Assembly: GCA_022571215.1 (NCBI GenBank)
Contig: JACZYG010000015.1
Location: forward strand, 63 to 64,062
Reading direction: 5' to 3'
Length of the DNA: 64,000 nucleotides
DNA from: Fidelibacterota bacterium
Lineage (GTDB): Bacteria; Fidelibacterota; SORT01
The translations under genes and the position numbers were made by a program. Of the stretch, positions 29,597 through 38,499 are shown in pieces; the stretch's first letter is position 1; every line of letters begins with the position of its first letter. The notes beneath the pieces are model-generated. The model saw only the letters and a list, made by a program, of their open reading frames with translations, had not been told where the DNA came from and did no database searches.

Positions 29597-30834
29597 TTAC
29601 TGACACGCTCCACGACCGTCATTATTTCATCTTTTGTGAGGATCCTATCCGACTCTTTTGCGATTCTAAATAGTTCATCCACAAGTTCATCTGACGGCTC
29701 TATATTGTTATTATTAAGCCAATAAATGACGTTTGATTTTCCCGACATCGGTCCTATATCTATAGTCTGATGTCGCCCTACCATTCCCGCCGGCACACCG
29801 GAATATATCCTATCGGCGAGCCAATCGTCGCCCTTCGATTCGGCTTTGATAACAGCCGCCGCATGAACTCCTGTCGCCGTCCTGAAAGCGTCCTCTCCAA
29901 TCACGGGATAGTTCGGAGGTAGCGGGATTCCGGTATATTCGGAAGTTTTTTGAACGTATTCGGGCAGCTTGGTCAGATCATTATTTATCAATCCTAACAG
30001 TCTGAGATTGACCAAAAGCGTGTCCATCGGGAGGTTGCCGATGCGTTCGCCTATTCCCATTGCCGTTCCGTGCACTCTGTCAACCCCCGCTTCGATAGCC
30101 GCAAGAGCGTTTGGCAGCGCCAATCCTCTATCTCTGTGACCGTGCCAGTCGAGTTTCAGATCAACGTCCTTTGACTTGAGGTACTCCCTTGTCCAGTTCA
30201 CGAGGTTTTTAACTCCTTCAGGAGTCGCATGACCGCATGTGTCACATAGACAAAGCCGCGCCGCGCCTGAGTCTATGGCGGCATCAAAAAGTGTTTTGAG
30301 AGTATCGGGGGTCGCGCGAACCGTATCCTCGGTAACGAACATGACAGGTAAGCCTTCTTTCACGGCAAAACTAACGGACTCCACAGTGTGACTCACCATC
30401 TTCTCCAAGGTCCATTCCTCTGCGTATACGCGAATCGGACTGCTTCCTATGAACGTGCAAACTTCGACCGGCAGCCCCACTTTCTGAGAAATTTCGACCA
30501 CCGGAGTAACATCAGCAATAAGAGTCCGAGCGGCGCAATTCGGAGTTATGTTCATCTTGTTGTCCGCTATTTCCTTGACGAGAGCGAGAACGTCTTCTCT
30601 TGCTCTCGGTCCCGCGCCCGGAAGACCGACATCCGCCGTATGAATACCAAGCTCTTCCATCAGGTGCAGCAGTTCTTTCTTCTGCCCGATTGTCGGGTCC
30701 TGAACGGATGGCGATTGAAGACCGTCACGCAAGGTCTCATCGTCAAATTCTATATCTATAAGCCCTGACGGACTGGAATTCCCCTCCGTGTTCCAATCGT
30801 ATATAAGCTCGCCGATATCTTTCTCATCACTCAT
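29593..30834 (-). CDS. LeuA/homocitrate synthase family (DRE-TIM) enzyme lacking regulatory domain
   Basis: DETLRDGLQ, HGHRDRG, GERIGN; 413 aa. Confidence 0.85.
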   Translation of the reverse strand: MSDEKDIGELIYDWNTEGNSSPSGLIDIEFDDETLRDGLQSPSVQDPTIGQKKELLHLMEELGIHTADVGLPGAGPRAREDVLALVKEIADNKMNITPNCAARTLIADVTPVVEISQKVGLPVEVCTFIGSSPIRVYAEEWTLEKMVSHTVESVSFAVKEGLPVMFVTEDTVRATPDTLKTLFDAAIDSGAARLCLCDTCGHATPEGVKNLVNWTREYLKSKDVDLKLDWHGHRDRGLALPNALAAIEAGVDRVHGTAMGIGERIGNLPMDTLLVNLRLLGLINNDLTKLPEYVQKTSEYTGIPLPPNYPVIGEDAFRTATGVHAAAVIKAESKGDDWLADRIYSGVPAGMVGRHQTIDIGPMSGKSNVIYWLNNNNIEPSDELVDELFRIAKESDRILTKDEIMTVVERVSN

Positions 30835-30849
30835 CAGAAGTGTCCTCTC

Positions 30850-31644
30850 TCAGCTGCCTTTGAATTTCGGCTCTCTTTTCCCAAGAAACGCATTCATACC
30901 TTCTTTCATATCTTCTGTTCCGCAAAGAATCCCGAACCGGTCGGATTCTATTGCAAGTCCTTCGTCAAGCGTCATGTTCATCCCTCTGTTGACAGCTTCG
31001 ATACACATTTTTATAGAAACAGGCGCTTTGGATAGAATAACTTTCATCATTTCTATTGCTGATTCAAGGGATTTACCTTCAGGCACCACTTTACTTAATA
31101 GTCCAATATCCATTGCTTCTTGAGCGCTTATGGTTTTTCCTGTGAGTATAAGTTCCAAAGCTCTTGAACTGCCGATCAGCCGTGGAAGCCGCTGCGAACC
31201 GCCAAATCCGGGCATGATCCCAAGTCCTACCTCCGGCAGTCCCATCTTCGCGTTTTCCGCCGCAATACGGATATGACATCCAAGAGCGAGCTCGAACCCG
31301 CCGCCGAGGGCATAACCGTTTATTGCCGCTATTACCGGTTTTCCCATTAGCTCAAGGACTTGTAGAGTCTCCTGTCCCCGAATGGATGTTTCTCTTCCAC
31401 TCAAAACGCTTTCCCTTGCAAGCTCGTTTATATCAGCGCCCGCCACGAATGCCTTCTCACCCATTCCGGTAATTATCATACCGCCTATCGAACTGTCGTC
31501 TCTAACGGAGAGCGCAGCTGCCTTTAGCTCTTTGACGGTCTCTTGATTCAGCGCATTCATAACTTCCGGACGGTTTACGGTCACAACCGCAATTTTATCT
31601 TTCACTTCAAACAGCAAATTTTTATACGGCATCTTTTCTCCCAA
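30850..31644 (-). CDS. enoyl-CoA hydratase (crotonase)
   Basis: AFVAGADI, GGGFELAL, LPEVGLG. Confidence 0.93.
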   Translation of the reverse strand: MGEKMPYKNLLFEVKDKIAVVTVNRPEVMNALNQETVKELKAAALSVRDDSSIGGMIITGMGEKAFVAGADINELARESVLSGRETSIRGQETLQVLELMGKPVIAAINGYALGGGFELALGCHIRIAAENAKMGLPEVGLGIMPGFGGSQRLPRLIGSSRALELILTGKTISAQEAMDIGLLSKVVPEGKSLESAIEMMKVILSKAPVSIKMCIEAVNRGMNMTLDEGLAIESDRFGILCGTEDMKEGMNAFLGKREPKFKGS

Positions 31645-31647
31645 TTC

Positions 31648-33093
31648 TCATTTTCTCTTCCAGAAAGTCCTGCTAAACAATACTATAACGGTAAAAAGTT
31701 CAAGTCTTCCAAGAAGCATACAAAAGTTCAAAAGCAATTTAGCCGCCGCCGGCAGATGGGAATAATTGTCCGTTGGTCCTAAACTCCCGAGGGCGGGACC
31801 AATATTGCCGAGAGCTGACGCGGTTACCGAGACGGCGCTGACTATATCCAACCCCAATCCTGCCATAATAATGCTTACCGCAACGAAAATAGCCATATAA
31901 AATAAGAAAAAACCGAGAACGTTTTTTATAATGTCATCTGATATTATCCGGTCGCCCAATTTAACGGGATAGACAGCGGTCGGATGAACCAGCTTCCTTA
32001 TCTCATATACGGCGTGCTTAAAAAGGATAACCACTCTTATCACCTTCATTGAACCGCCCGTTGAACTTGCGCAAGCTCCTACAAACATCAATGCGACTAT
32101 CAATAATTGTCCTACCGGCAGCCAAAGTTCATAATCCGCGGTTATATAACCGGTTGTGGTCACTATAGAGACTACCTGAAAGAGAGAATGTCTCAATGCC
32201 AATTCGGGGGAGATTGTTTCACTCAGATATACGATTCCGAGAACAATAACGGTGATAACAGAAATTATGCCTAAATAAAATTTGAATTCCTTATCATGTA
32301 TATGCGCTTTGATATCTCCATTGAACATTCGGAAATGAAGAGCGAAATTCGAACCCGCAAGAATCATAAAAAATATTATCACATAATCGAAATATGCGCT
32401 GTTGTAGTGCGCTATGCTCGCATTCTTGGTCGAAAATCCTCCGGTTGCCATCGTACCGAAAGTATGACAGACGGAATCGAAGAGATCCATGCCACCCGCC
32501 CAAAGCATCGTGGCTTCAACAACGCTTATGAGTATGTATGTGATCCATAACAATTTTGCCGTCTCTCTAATCCGGGGAGTAAAACGGTCTTTCGTAGGAC
32601 CGGGCGCTTCCGCCTTGAAAAGTTGTGAAGCCCCTATGCCCAACATCGGTAATATCGCAAGAGAAAAGACTATAATGCCCATCCCTCCGAGCCAATGAGT
32701 CAGAGAGCGCCAGAAAAGTATACCATGAGGTAACGCCTCTATATCGGTGAGAATAGAGGCTCCGGTCGTCGTAAATCCCGACATCGACTCAAAAAATGCG
32801 TCTACCGGAGACTGTATCGCGGAAGACAAGAGAAAAGGAAGCATTCCGAATAAAGCGCTCGTTATCCAGCCGAACGTTACTATGGCGAAACCGTCTCTAA
32901 CCCTGATATCAGAGCCGCCCCGGGTACTTACCCATAGAAGGAATCCTGTACCGATGGTTATTCCCGCCGATAGAAGAATAGCTTTTGTATCACCGTCACC
33001 GTAGTAAATGGAAAAAGGCAGCGCGAGAAGCATTGTTGTCCCGAGGAAGATCCATAACGCCCCGAGAACATTTAATATTTGTTTCAGATGCAT
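31648..33093 (-). CDS. trkH: Trk potassium uptake membrane protein
   Basis: FESMSGFTTTG, ATGGF, TTTGY, LGNIGP, LGRLE. Confidence 0.95.
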   Translation of the reverse strand: MHLKQILNVLGALWIFLGTTMLLALPFSIYYGDGDTKAILLSAGITIGTGFLLWVSTRGGSDIRVRDGFAIVTFGWITSALFGMLPFLLSSAIQSPVDAFFESMSGFTTTGASILTDIEALPHGILFWRSLTHWLGGMGIIVFSLAILPMLGIGASQLFKAEAPGPTKDRFTPRIRETAKLLWITYILISVVEATMLWAGGMDLFDSVCHTFGTMATGGFSTKNASIAHYNSAYFDYVIIFFMILAGSNFALHFRMFNGDIKAHIHDKEFKFYLGIISVITVIVLGIVYLSETISPELALRHSLFQVVSIVTTTGYITADYELWLPVGQLLIVALMFVGACASSTGGSMKVIRVVILFKHAVYEIRKLVHPTAVYPVKLGDRIISDDIIKNVLGFFLFYMAIFVAVSIIMAGLGLDIVSAVSVTASALGNIGPALGSLGPTDNYSHLPAAAKLLLNFCMLLGRLELFTVIVLFSRTFWKRK

Positions 33094-33112
33094 TTTACAT
33101 ACTCAACCGTAG

Positions 33113-33400
33113 TCATTCCGAACCTTGATTTATCGAAGTGAAAGAATCTCATATTTATCCAATCGGTAGTATGAGATTGCCCGCCTGTCAGTCGGAGTGT
33201 ATGATCGCCTTTTACGTTAACGGCCCTTTTGGAGTGCATTGACTGTGTCAATGCCGCATCAACATAGTTGATGCACTCCATATAAAAACACGCCGTCTTC
33301 TCATCCCTTAGGGATTTGAATCCTCCATAGGAGTTCCTTCGGAACACCCCTCTTGATGAGGGAAATTTCTCCTTCCATCCTTTAATAAAGGAAGGAAACG
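33113..33400. repeat. palindromic mosaic between trkA and trkH (B, E, D, A, G)
   Basis: 51-bp D element 33230-33280; family A with GGAGTTCCTTCGGAAC insertion. Confidence 0.85.
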
Positions 33401-33520
33401 TCATCGTCAATTTCATATTTTCATGTTGCCTCGGCTCTGATTAAACCAGAGAACTCTATAGTGTATTGCAGTGTTTATCAGGCAGTAGTATAATTCATCT
33501 AAAGTAAAATATTAATATTA

Positions 33521-34864
33521 TTAAGGGCTGAAAAGTTTCTCTAAATCAGAGATCGCCTCAGTACGGGTGAAGACTATTACCTTGTCTCCCGGAACTATCA
33601 TGCTGTCACCTGTGGGAATCGTTATCTCGTTCACATGAATTTGAGCGCCTACAATCGAACCGGCAGGGAAATTGCAATCCTTGATCGGTTTTTTAGTCAC
33701 CTTGCTGTCTAATTGAGGAATGAGTTCTATCGCCTCGACGTCAGTCCCTTCAAGCGAGATAACTGAAACCACTTCTCCTTTGCGAATATATTTCAATATT
33801 GCGTCAACGGTCGCAGCGCTCTTACTGACGACCGATTCGATTCCTATCTGATTCACGACAGGTATAAGGTCGTTCCGGGTAACGTGAACTATAGCCTTTT
33901 TTACTCCCAGGTCTTTTGCGAGGATACCCGAAATGACGTTCTTCTCATCGGTTTGGGTGACTGCAATAAATGCGTCAACCTCACTGATCCCTTCATCTTT
34001 CAAAAGATCTATATCGGTGCCGTCACCTTTTATGATCAATGTATTCTTGAGCATTTTCGCAGCTTTTTCTGTCTTCGCCGAATTCATTTCAATTAGTTTG
34101 ACGGAGATCTTGTCCTCCAACATTTGCGCAACACGCCTGCCAATCTTGCCGGCGCCGAGTATCATAATATTATTGGCGGGTTGCTGCTCTTTACCCGCAA
34201 ATTTTAGTACTTCAGGAATATCCTCCGACTTAGCAATAATATAAACATGATCCTTGAGGTTGAATGTATCCGCTCCTGACGGCATAATGGTCTCTCCGTC
34301 CCTGCTGATAGCAACTGTTCTATATTGAATATCCGGATGTTCCAGGGCAATTTTTTGCAGCGATTTCCCTATAATCGGGGACTCCTCTCTGAGTTTGATT
34401 CCGACAAGCTGTATCCTTCCTCCTGAAAATTCGGCTACTTCGCTTGCGGCAGAACGTCTGATGAGATTTTTTATCTGCTTTGAAGCCTCCTCTTCGGGGT
34501 GAATCATTTTATCGATACCGAGCTGCGAAGGCGTTATAAGAGCTCGCGGTTTGGAATATTCAGCGTTTCTGACCCTCGCTACCTTGGTTTCAACTCCGAG
34601 TCTGTTAGCGAACATACATGACATTATGTTCACTTCATCAATACTTGTTACGGCTATCAGCATGTCCATTTTTTTTATTCCGGCATCAGAGAGTGTTTGC
34701 GCGCTCCCCCCGTTTCCTTCGAGCACAAGAACATCGAGATGCTCCCTCGCGTGCTGGCATTTCTCAGAATCTATATCGAGCAGAGTGACATCATGATTTT
34801 CTTCCGATAACATTTTAGCAAGGTGAAAACCTACCTCACCGGCTCCTATAATGATTATTTTCAT
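33521..34864 (-). CDS. trkA: Trk system potassium uptake protein
   Basis: Two RCK units with GAGEVG and GAGKIG; 447 aa. Confidence 0.95.
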   Translation of the reverse strand: MKIIIIGAGEVGFHLAKMLSEENHDVTLLDIDSEKCQHAREHLDVLVLEGNGGSAQTLSDAGIKKMDMLIAVTSIDEVNIMSCMFANRLGVETKVARVRNAEYSKPRALITPSQLGIDKMIHPEEEASKQIKNLIRRSAASEVAEFSGGRIQLVGIKLREESPIIGKSLQKIALEHPDIQYRTVAISRDGETIMPSGADTFNLKDHVYIIAKSEDIPEVLKFAGKEQQPANNIMILGAGKIGRRVAQMLEDKISVKLIEMNSAKTEKAAKMLKNTLIIKGDGTDIDLLKDEGISEVDAFIAVTQTDEKNVISGILAKDLGVKKAIVHVTRNDLIPVVNQIGIESVVSKSAATVDAILKYIRKGEVVSVISLEGTDVEAIELIPQLDSKVTKKPIKDCNFPAGSIVGAQIHVNEITIPTGDSMIVPGDKVIVFTRTEAISDLEKLFSP

Positions 34865-35916
34865 ACGGCAATTCCTACTTTTTTCATTCTTATTTCATGA
34901 ACATCGCAAAATTTGGTCAGAGCATCGGCGGTCTCTTCTGAACTTACATCAAGGTGAAACACCGCGCGAAGTCGTTGAGGAGATGTTGATAAAATTGCTA
35001 TTCCCGCTTCGGCTAAATCCAGTATCCAATCAGCGGCGCTGCCGAGCGATTCATCAATATCTATCATAATTATGTTCGTTTGAACCCAATCAAGCTCGAT
35101 ATTTATACCTTCAAGAGAAGCGATTCCCTCCGCAAATGTACGGGCATTGGAATGGTCGTCCGACAACCGCTCAACGTTATTCTCAAGCGCATATTTTCCC
35201 GCCGCCGCCAATAAGCCTGCCTGCCGCATTCCGCCGCCGTAAATTTTCCTGTAACGGTGCGCCCTTTCAATAAATCCTTTGGTGCCGGCAACTACAGAAC
35301 CGACAGGCGCTCCAAGCCCCTTTGACAGACAGATACTGACGGAATCGAAATACGATGCCCATTCCGCCGCCTCGACAGCCGTGGCAACAACGGCATTCAT
35401 CAGTCTCGCGCCGTCAAGATGCATCTTAATATTATGCTTCTTAGCAACTTGTGAAATCTCTTTTATCTGCTCGATTGGAAATATCGTTCCTCCCGCCCTG
35501 TTATGTGTATTTTCGAGGGCGATAAGAGTTGTCTGAGCGAAATGGGCATTGGTCGGACGTATATTGGCTTCCACCTGTTCAGCGGTGATGGAGCCCATAA
35601 CTCCCTCTATCGTCCGTAACATAACTCCCGAAAGGAGCGCCGGAGCGCCGGATTCATAATTATACAGATGACACCCCGCCTCGCATATCACTTCATTGCC
35701 GGGTTGCGTATGAGCATTTATGCTGACCTGATTCGCCATCGTTCCACTGGGAACATAAAGGGCGGATTCTTTTCCGAAAAGTTTTGCGACCGATAACTGT
35801 AGCTCATTGACATTCGGATCCTCTCCGAAGACATCATCGCCAACCTCCGCCCTTGAAATCACATCCCTCATCTCATCGGAGGGTTTTGTGACTGTATCGC
35901 TCCTTATATCGATCAT
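34861..35916 (-). CDS. ltaE: low-specificity L-threonine aldolase
   Basis: DIRSDTVT, SGTMAN, HLDGAR, CLSKGLGAP, GGGMRQ. Confidence 0.93.
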   Translation of the reverse strand: MIDIRSDTVTKPSDEMRDVISRAEVGDDVFGEDPNVNELQLSVAKLFGKESALYVPSGTMANQVSINAHTQPGNEVICEAGCHLYNYESGAPALLSGVMLRTIEGVMGSITAEQVEANIRPTNAHFAQTTLIALENTHNRAGGTIFPIEQIKEISQVAKKHNIKMHLDGARLMNAVVATAVEAAEWASYFDSVSICLSKGLGAPVGSVVAGTKGFIERAHRYRKIYGGGMRQAGLLAAAGKYALENNVERLSDDHSNARTFAEGIASLEGINIELDWVQTNIIMIDIDESLGSAADWILDLAEAGIAILSTSPQRLRAVFHLDVSSEETADALTKFCDVHEIRMKKVGIAV

Positions 35917-36114
35917 TATGAGCTTTTTTCATCCACAGTGCGTAAAGTTTATTACGCCTTGAATTAAAAGGCAAGAGATTCGACAGAGAAAGAAAACATT
36001 TTATATTCTGCTATAAGAAGCTCTGTAACTAATAGTGGAAGATCGTACATGGAACTTGATTGGAACTGAGAACATTTAGGATTATTTTTGAGCTGTAACA
36101 GGGAATGAATTGAT

Positions 36115-36546
36115 ATGATCAGAAAATATGAAGAAAAGGATATTGATGAACTTATCAAGGTATGGTACCATGCATCGAAATTCGCGCACCATTTCTTAAA
36201 TGAAGATTTTTTCGAACGCGAGAGAAAGAAATTCACTCATCCTAACTTACAGAGAACTGAAACATTGGTTTATGAAAAAGATAATAAGGTAGTCGGTTTC
36301 ATTACGCTTATGGACGAATTAGTCTATGCATTTTTCGTCGATATTGATTTTCAGCACAGTGGAATCGGAAGAGCATTGATGGATTATGCGAAATCAATAC
36401 GACCGTTTTTGGAACTTTATGTTTTTAAAGATAATGAGATAGGTAGAACTTTTTACGATAAATTTGGATTCATAGAGTTGTCGGAGCATCCACACGATGA
36501 AACAGGTTTTACGCAGCTGAAACTGAAACTAAAACTTACCTACTGA
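36115..36546 (+). CDS. GNAT family N-acetyltransferase
   Basis: QHSGIGRAL, FYDKFGF. Confidence 0.88.
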   Translation: MIRKYEEKDIDELIKVWYHASKFAHHFLNEDFFERERKKFTHPNLQRTETLVYEKDNKVVGFITLMDELVYAFFVDIDFQHSGIGRALMDYAKSIRPFLELYVFKDNEIGRTFYDKFGFIELSEHPHDETGFTQLKLKLKLTY

Positions 36547-36576
36547 CAGACAATCCCGACACGCTTCCAATTCACT

Positions 36577-36932
36577 GTCTTTGCGAGAGCTGATTTATCA
36601 GGTCGAAGCAATCTCATGTCCGGTTAAACGATGAATACTGAATTGATTCGGATCAACACTCCTCGCAATGACAATAATCTACAACTTTTGACACACCTCA
36701 GCCTTATGCTATAAGATTTCTAAAGGATCGGCTTTCCCCTCTTAATTAGAGGGGAATTTTTCGCATCAGAGATGCGATGAGTGATTATTACACACTCCGT
36801 CACTTTGAAACCACCCCGTCTTTCGGCTCCGCCTAAATCCACCCCTCCTTCTTAAGGAGGGGATAAATGGGTGCCCCGCTTTCAGCGTGATTAGTCCCGC
36901 ATCGGCGCGGAAATGCACAGGCGGGAGTTGAC
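36577..36932. repeat. intergenic palindromic mosaic (B, A x3, nested insertion)
   Basis: GTCTTTGCGAG..GAAGCAATCTC; TTGACACAC; CCCCTCCTT..AAGGAGGGG. Confidence 0.8.
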
Positions 36933-36956
36933 TTAACTCATCATAACAGTTATTTT
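36928..36956 (+). promoter_or_regulatory. putative sigma70 promoter of tolC-RND
   Basis: TTGACT-N17-TATTTT. Confidence 0.55.
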
Positions 36957-36996
36957 ACCTGCTCAATAATTTCTAAAACATTTAGGGAAAAACGAT

Positions 36997-38463
36997 ATGA
37001 AAAAGAAAGAAGTAATTTCCATTCGGTACAAATTTACCATAATTCTGCTCGCTACATTCATGAGCGGCCTGAACATGGTAAACGCCCAGGAAAGCGAGCA
37101 ATTGCGAACCGTTACGCTGGCAGAATTTTTAAATCAATTAAAGAATGAGCATCCTCTCTTCATTAAAGAGAGTTTGACCTCTGAACTGTTCCGAACCCGG
37201 CAACAAAGTTTAGCGGGGGTTCAAGACTGGAATATTACCTCTTCAATCGGCTACTTTTCCCGGGAGCCCGTCATAAATTTTTCGGGTCCCGATAAGACAG
37301 TCGGCAGCACCTTTAACGGCGGCATAGAGAAGATATTTTGGGCTACGGGTGGACGATTATCTACAACTCTCACTACAACAAGACTAAAATTCACTCTGCC
37401 GAACCTACCGGAATTCGGAGCGTTCCCTACCGACTGGTATCAAAGCGAGGTTGCTCTTACCTACATCCACCCTCTTATGAAAAACAGAAAGGGCTTCCTC
37501 GACAGGCTGCAATATAATCTCATGCAGTTCGATATTGACGCCTCTGAAATCAACGCTCTTGAAAACGAGGAAAACTTCCTTACGGAATCCGCGAGTAAAT
37601 TTCTTAATTGGGTGTTCCTCGTCGAACAACGGAATATAATCGAAGAGAGGCTCAACCTCAGCAGAACAGAGCTCGAACGGACAGAGCGGAAACGGAAAGC
37701 CAATCTTGTTGAAAAGGTTGATCTCATGCGGGCGGGCGACGCTGTCCGGATAGCGGAGCAGAACTTGCTCTTAACTGAATCAAGGTTAAAGGGACTGAAA
37801 GCCGAATTGTCTGTCCTTACTCAGCAAAAAGACTACGACAGCAGAACCCCTTTGTATGAGCTGTACAAAACGGAATCGCTTCCGCCATTGGATGAAGTGT
37901 CGGCAAAAATAGAAACAGATTCTCGTATTGTTAAAATTTTGAGCATCCGTATAGGACAATTAAATCTCGCCCGAAGAGGTTTCAAGGAAACCGCCAAACC
38001 GAATTTAGGCTTGGTCGCGCAAGTCAGCAAGAAAGAGCTGGATGAAGGATTGGGCGGAAGTTTCGGCTTGGAAAAGACAGACGCGCTGGTCGCTATTCAG
38101 TTCAGCGTTCCGTTAGGAAATAAGACGGCAAAATCGAATATCAGCAAGACCGATGTTCAGATAGCGCAACTTCAAAGCCAGATAAGGGAAGTGGTTATCG
38201 GATTGACATCGATAATCTCCAATCTGCATACGCAAATGATCGGGATGGAAAATGTGCTTCGGCTTAATGTCGAGCAGATAAACTCTTCGCGCGAAAAAAC
38301 CGAAGAAGAATTGAAACTATATAATCAGGGACGGGGTGATCTTACTTTTGTTATTCAGAGCCGGGATAATGAACAGAATGCCAAGTTGCTTCATGCGGTA
38401 AACGCGTTTACGTATCACAGTTTGCTCATCCAATACCGCTCACTTACCGACCAACTTTTATGA
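36997..38463 (+). CDS. TolC family outer-membrane efflux protein
   Basis: Signal peptide, helical OEP repeats, FSVPLGN, adjacent to RND. Confidence 0.85.
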   Translation: MKKKEVISIRYKFTIILLATFMSGLNMVNAQESEQLRTVTLAEFLNQLKNEHPLFIKESLTSELFRTRQQSLAGVQDWNITSSIGYFSREPVINFSGPDKTVGSTFNGGIEKIFWATGGRLSTTLTTTRLKFTLPNLPEFGAFPTDWYQSEVALTYIHPLMKNRKGFLDRLQYNLMQFDIDASEINALENEENFLTESASKFLNWVFLVEQRNIIEERLNLSRTELERTERKRKANLVEKVDLMRAGDAVRIAEQNLLLTESRLKGLKAELSVLTQQKDYDSRTPLYELYKTESLPPLDEVSAKIETDSRIVKILSIRIGQLNLARRGFKETAKPNLGLVAQVSKKELDEGLGGSFGLEKTDALVAIQFSVPLGNKTAKSNISKTDVQIAQLQSQIREVVIGLTSIISNLHTQMIGMENVLRLNVEQINSSREKTEEELKLYNQGRGDLTFVIQSRDNEQNAKLLHAVNAFTYHSLLIQYRSLTDQLL

Positions 38464-38499
38464 CTATTTTCAGATATTAAACGTAATGGAGCATCATAA

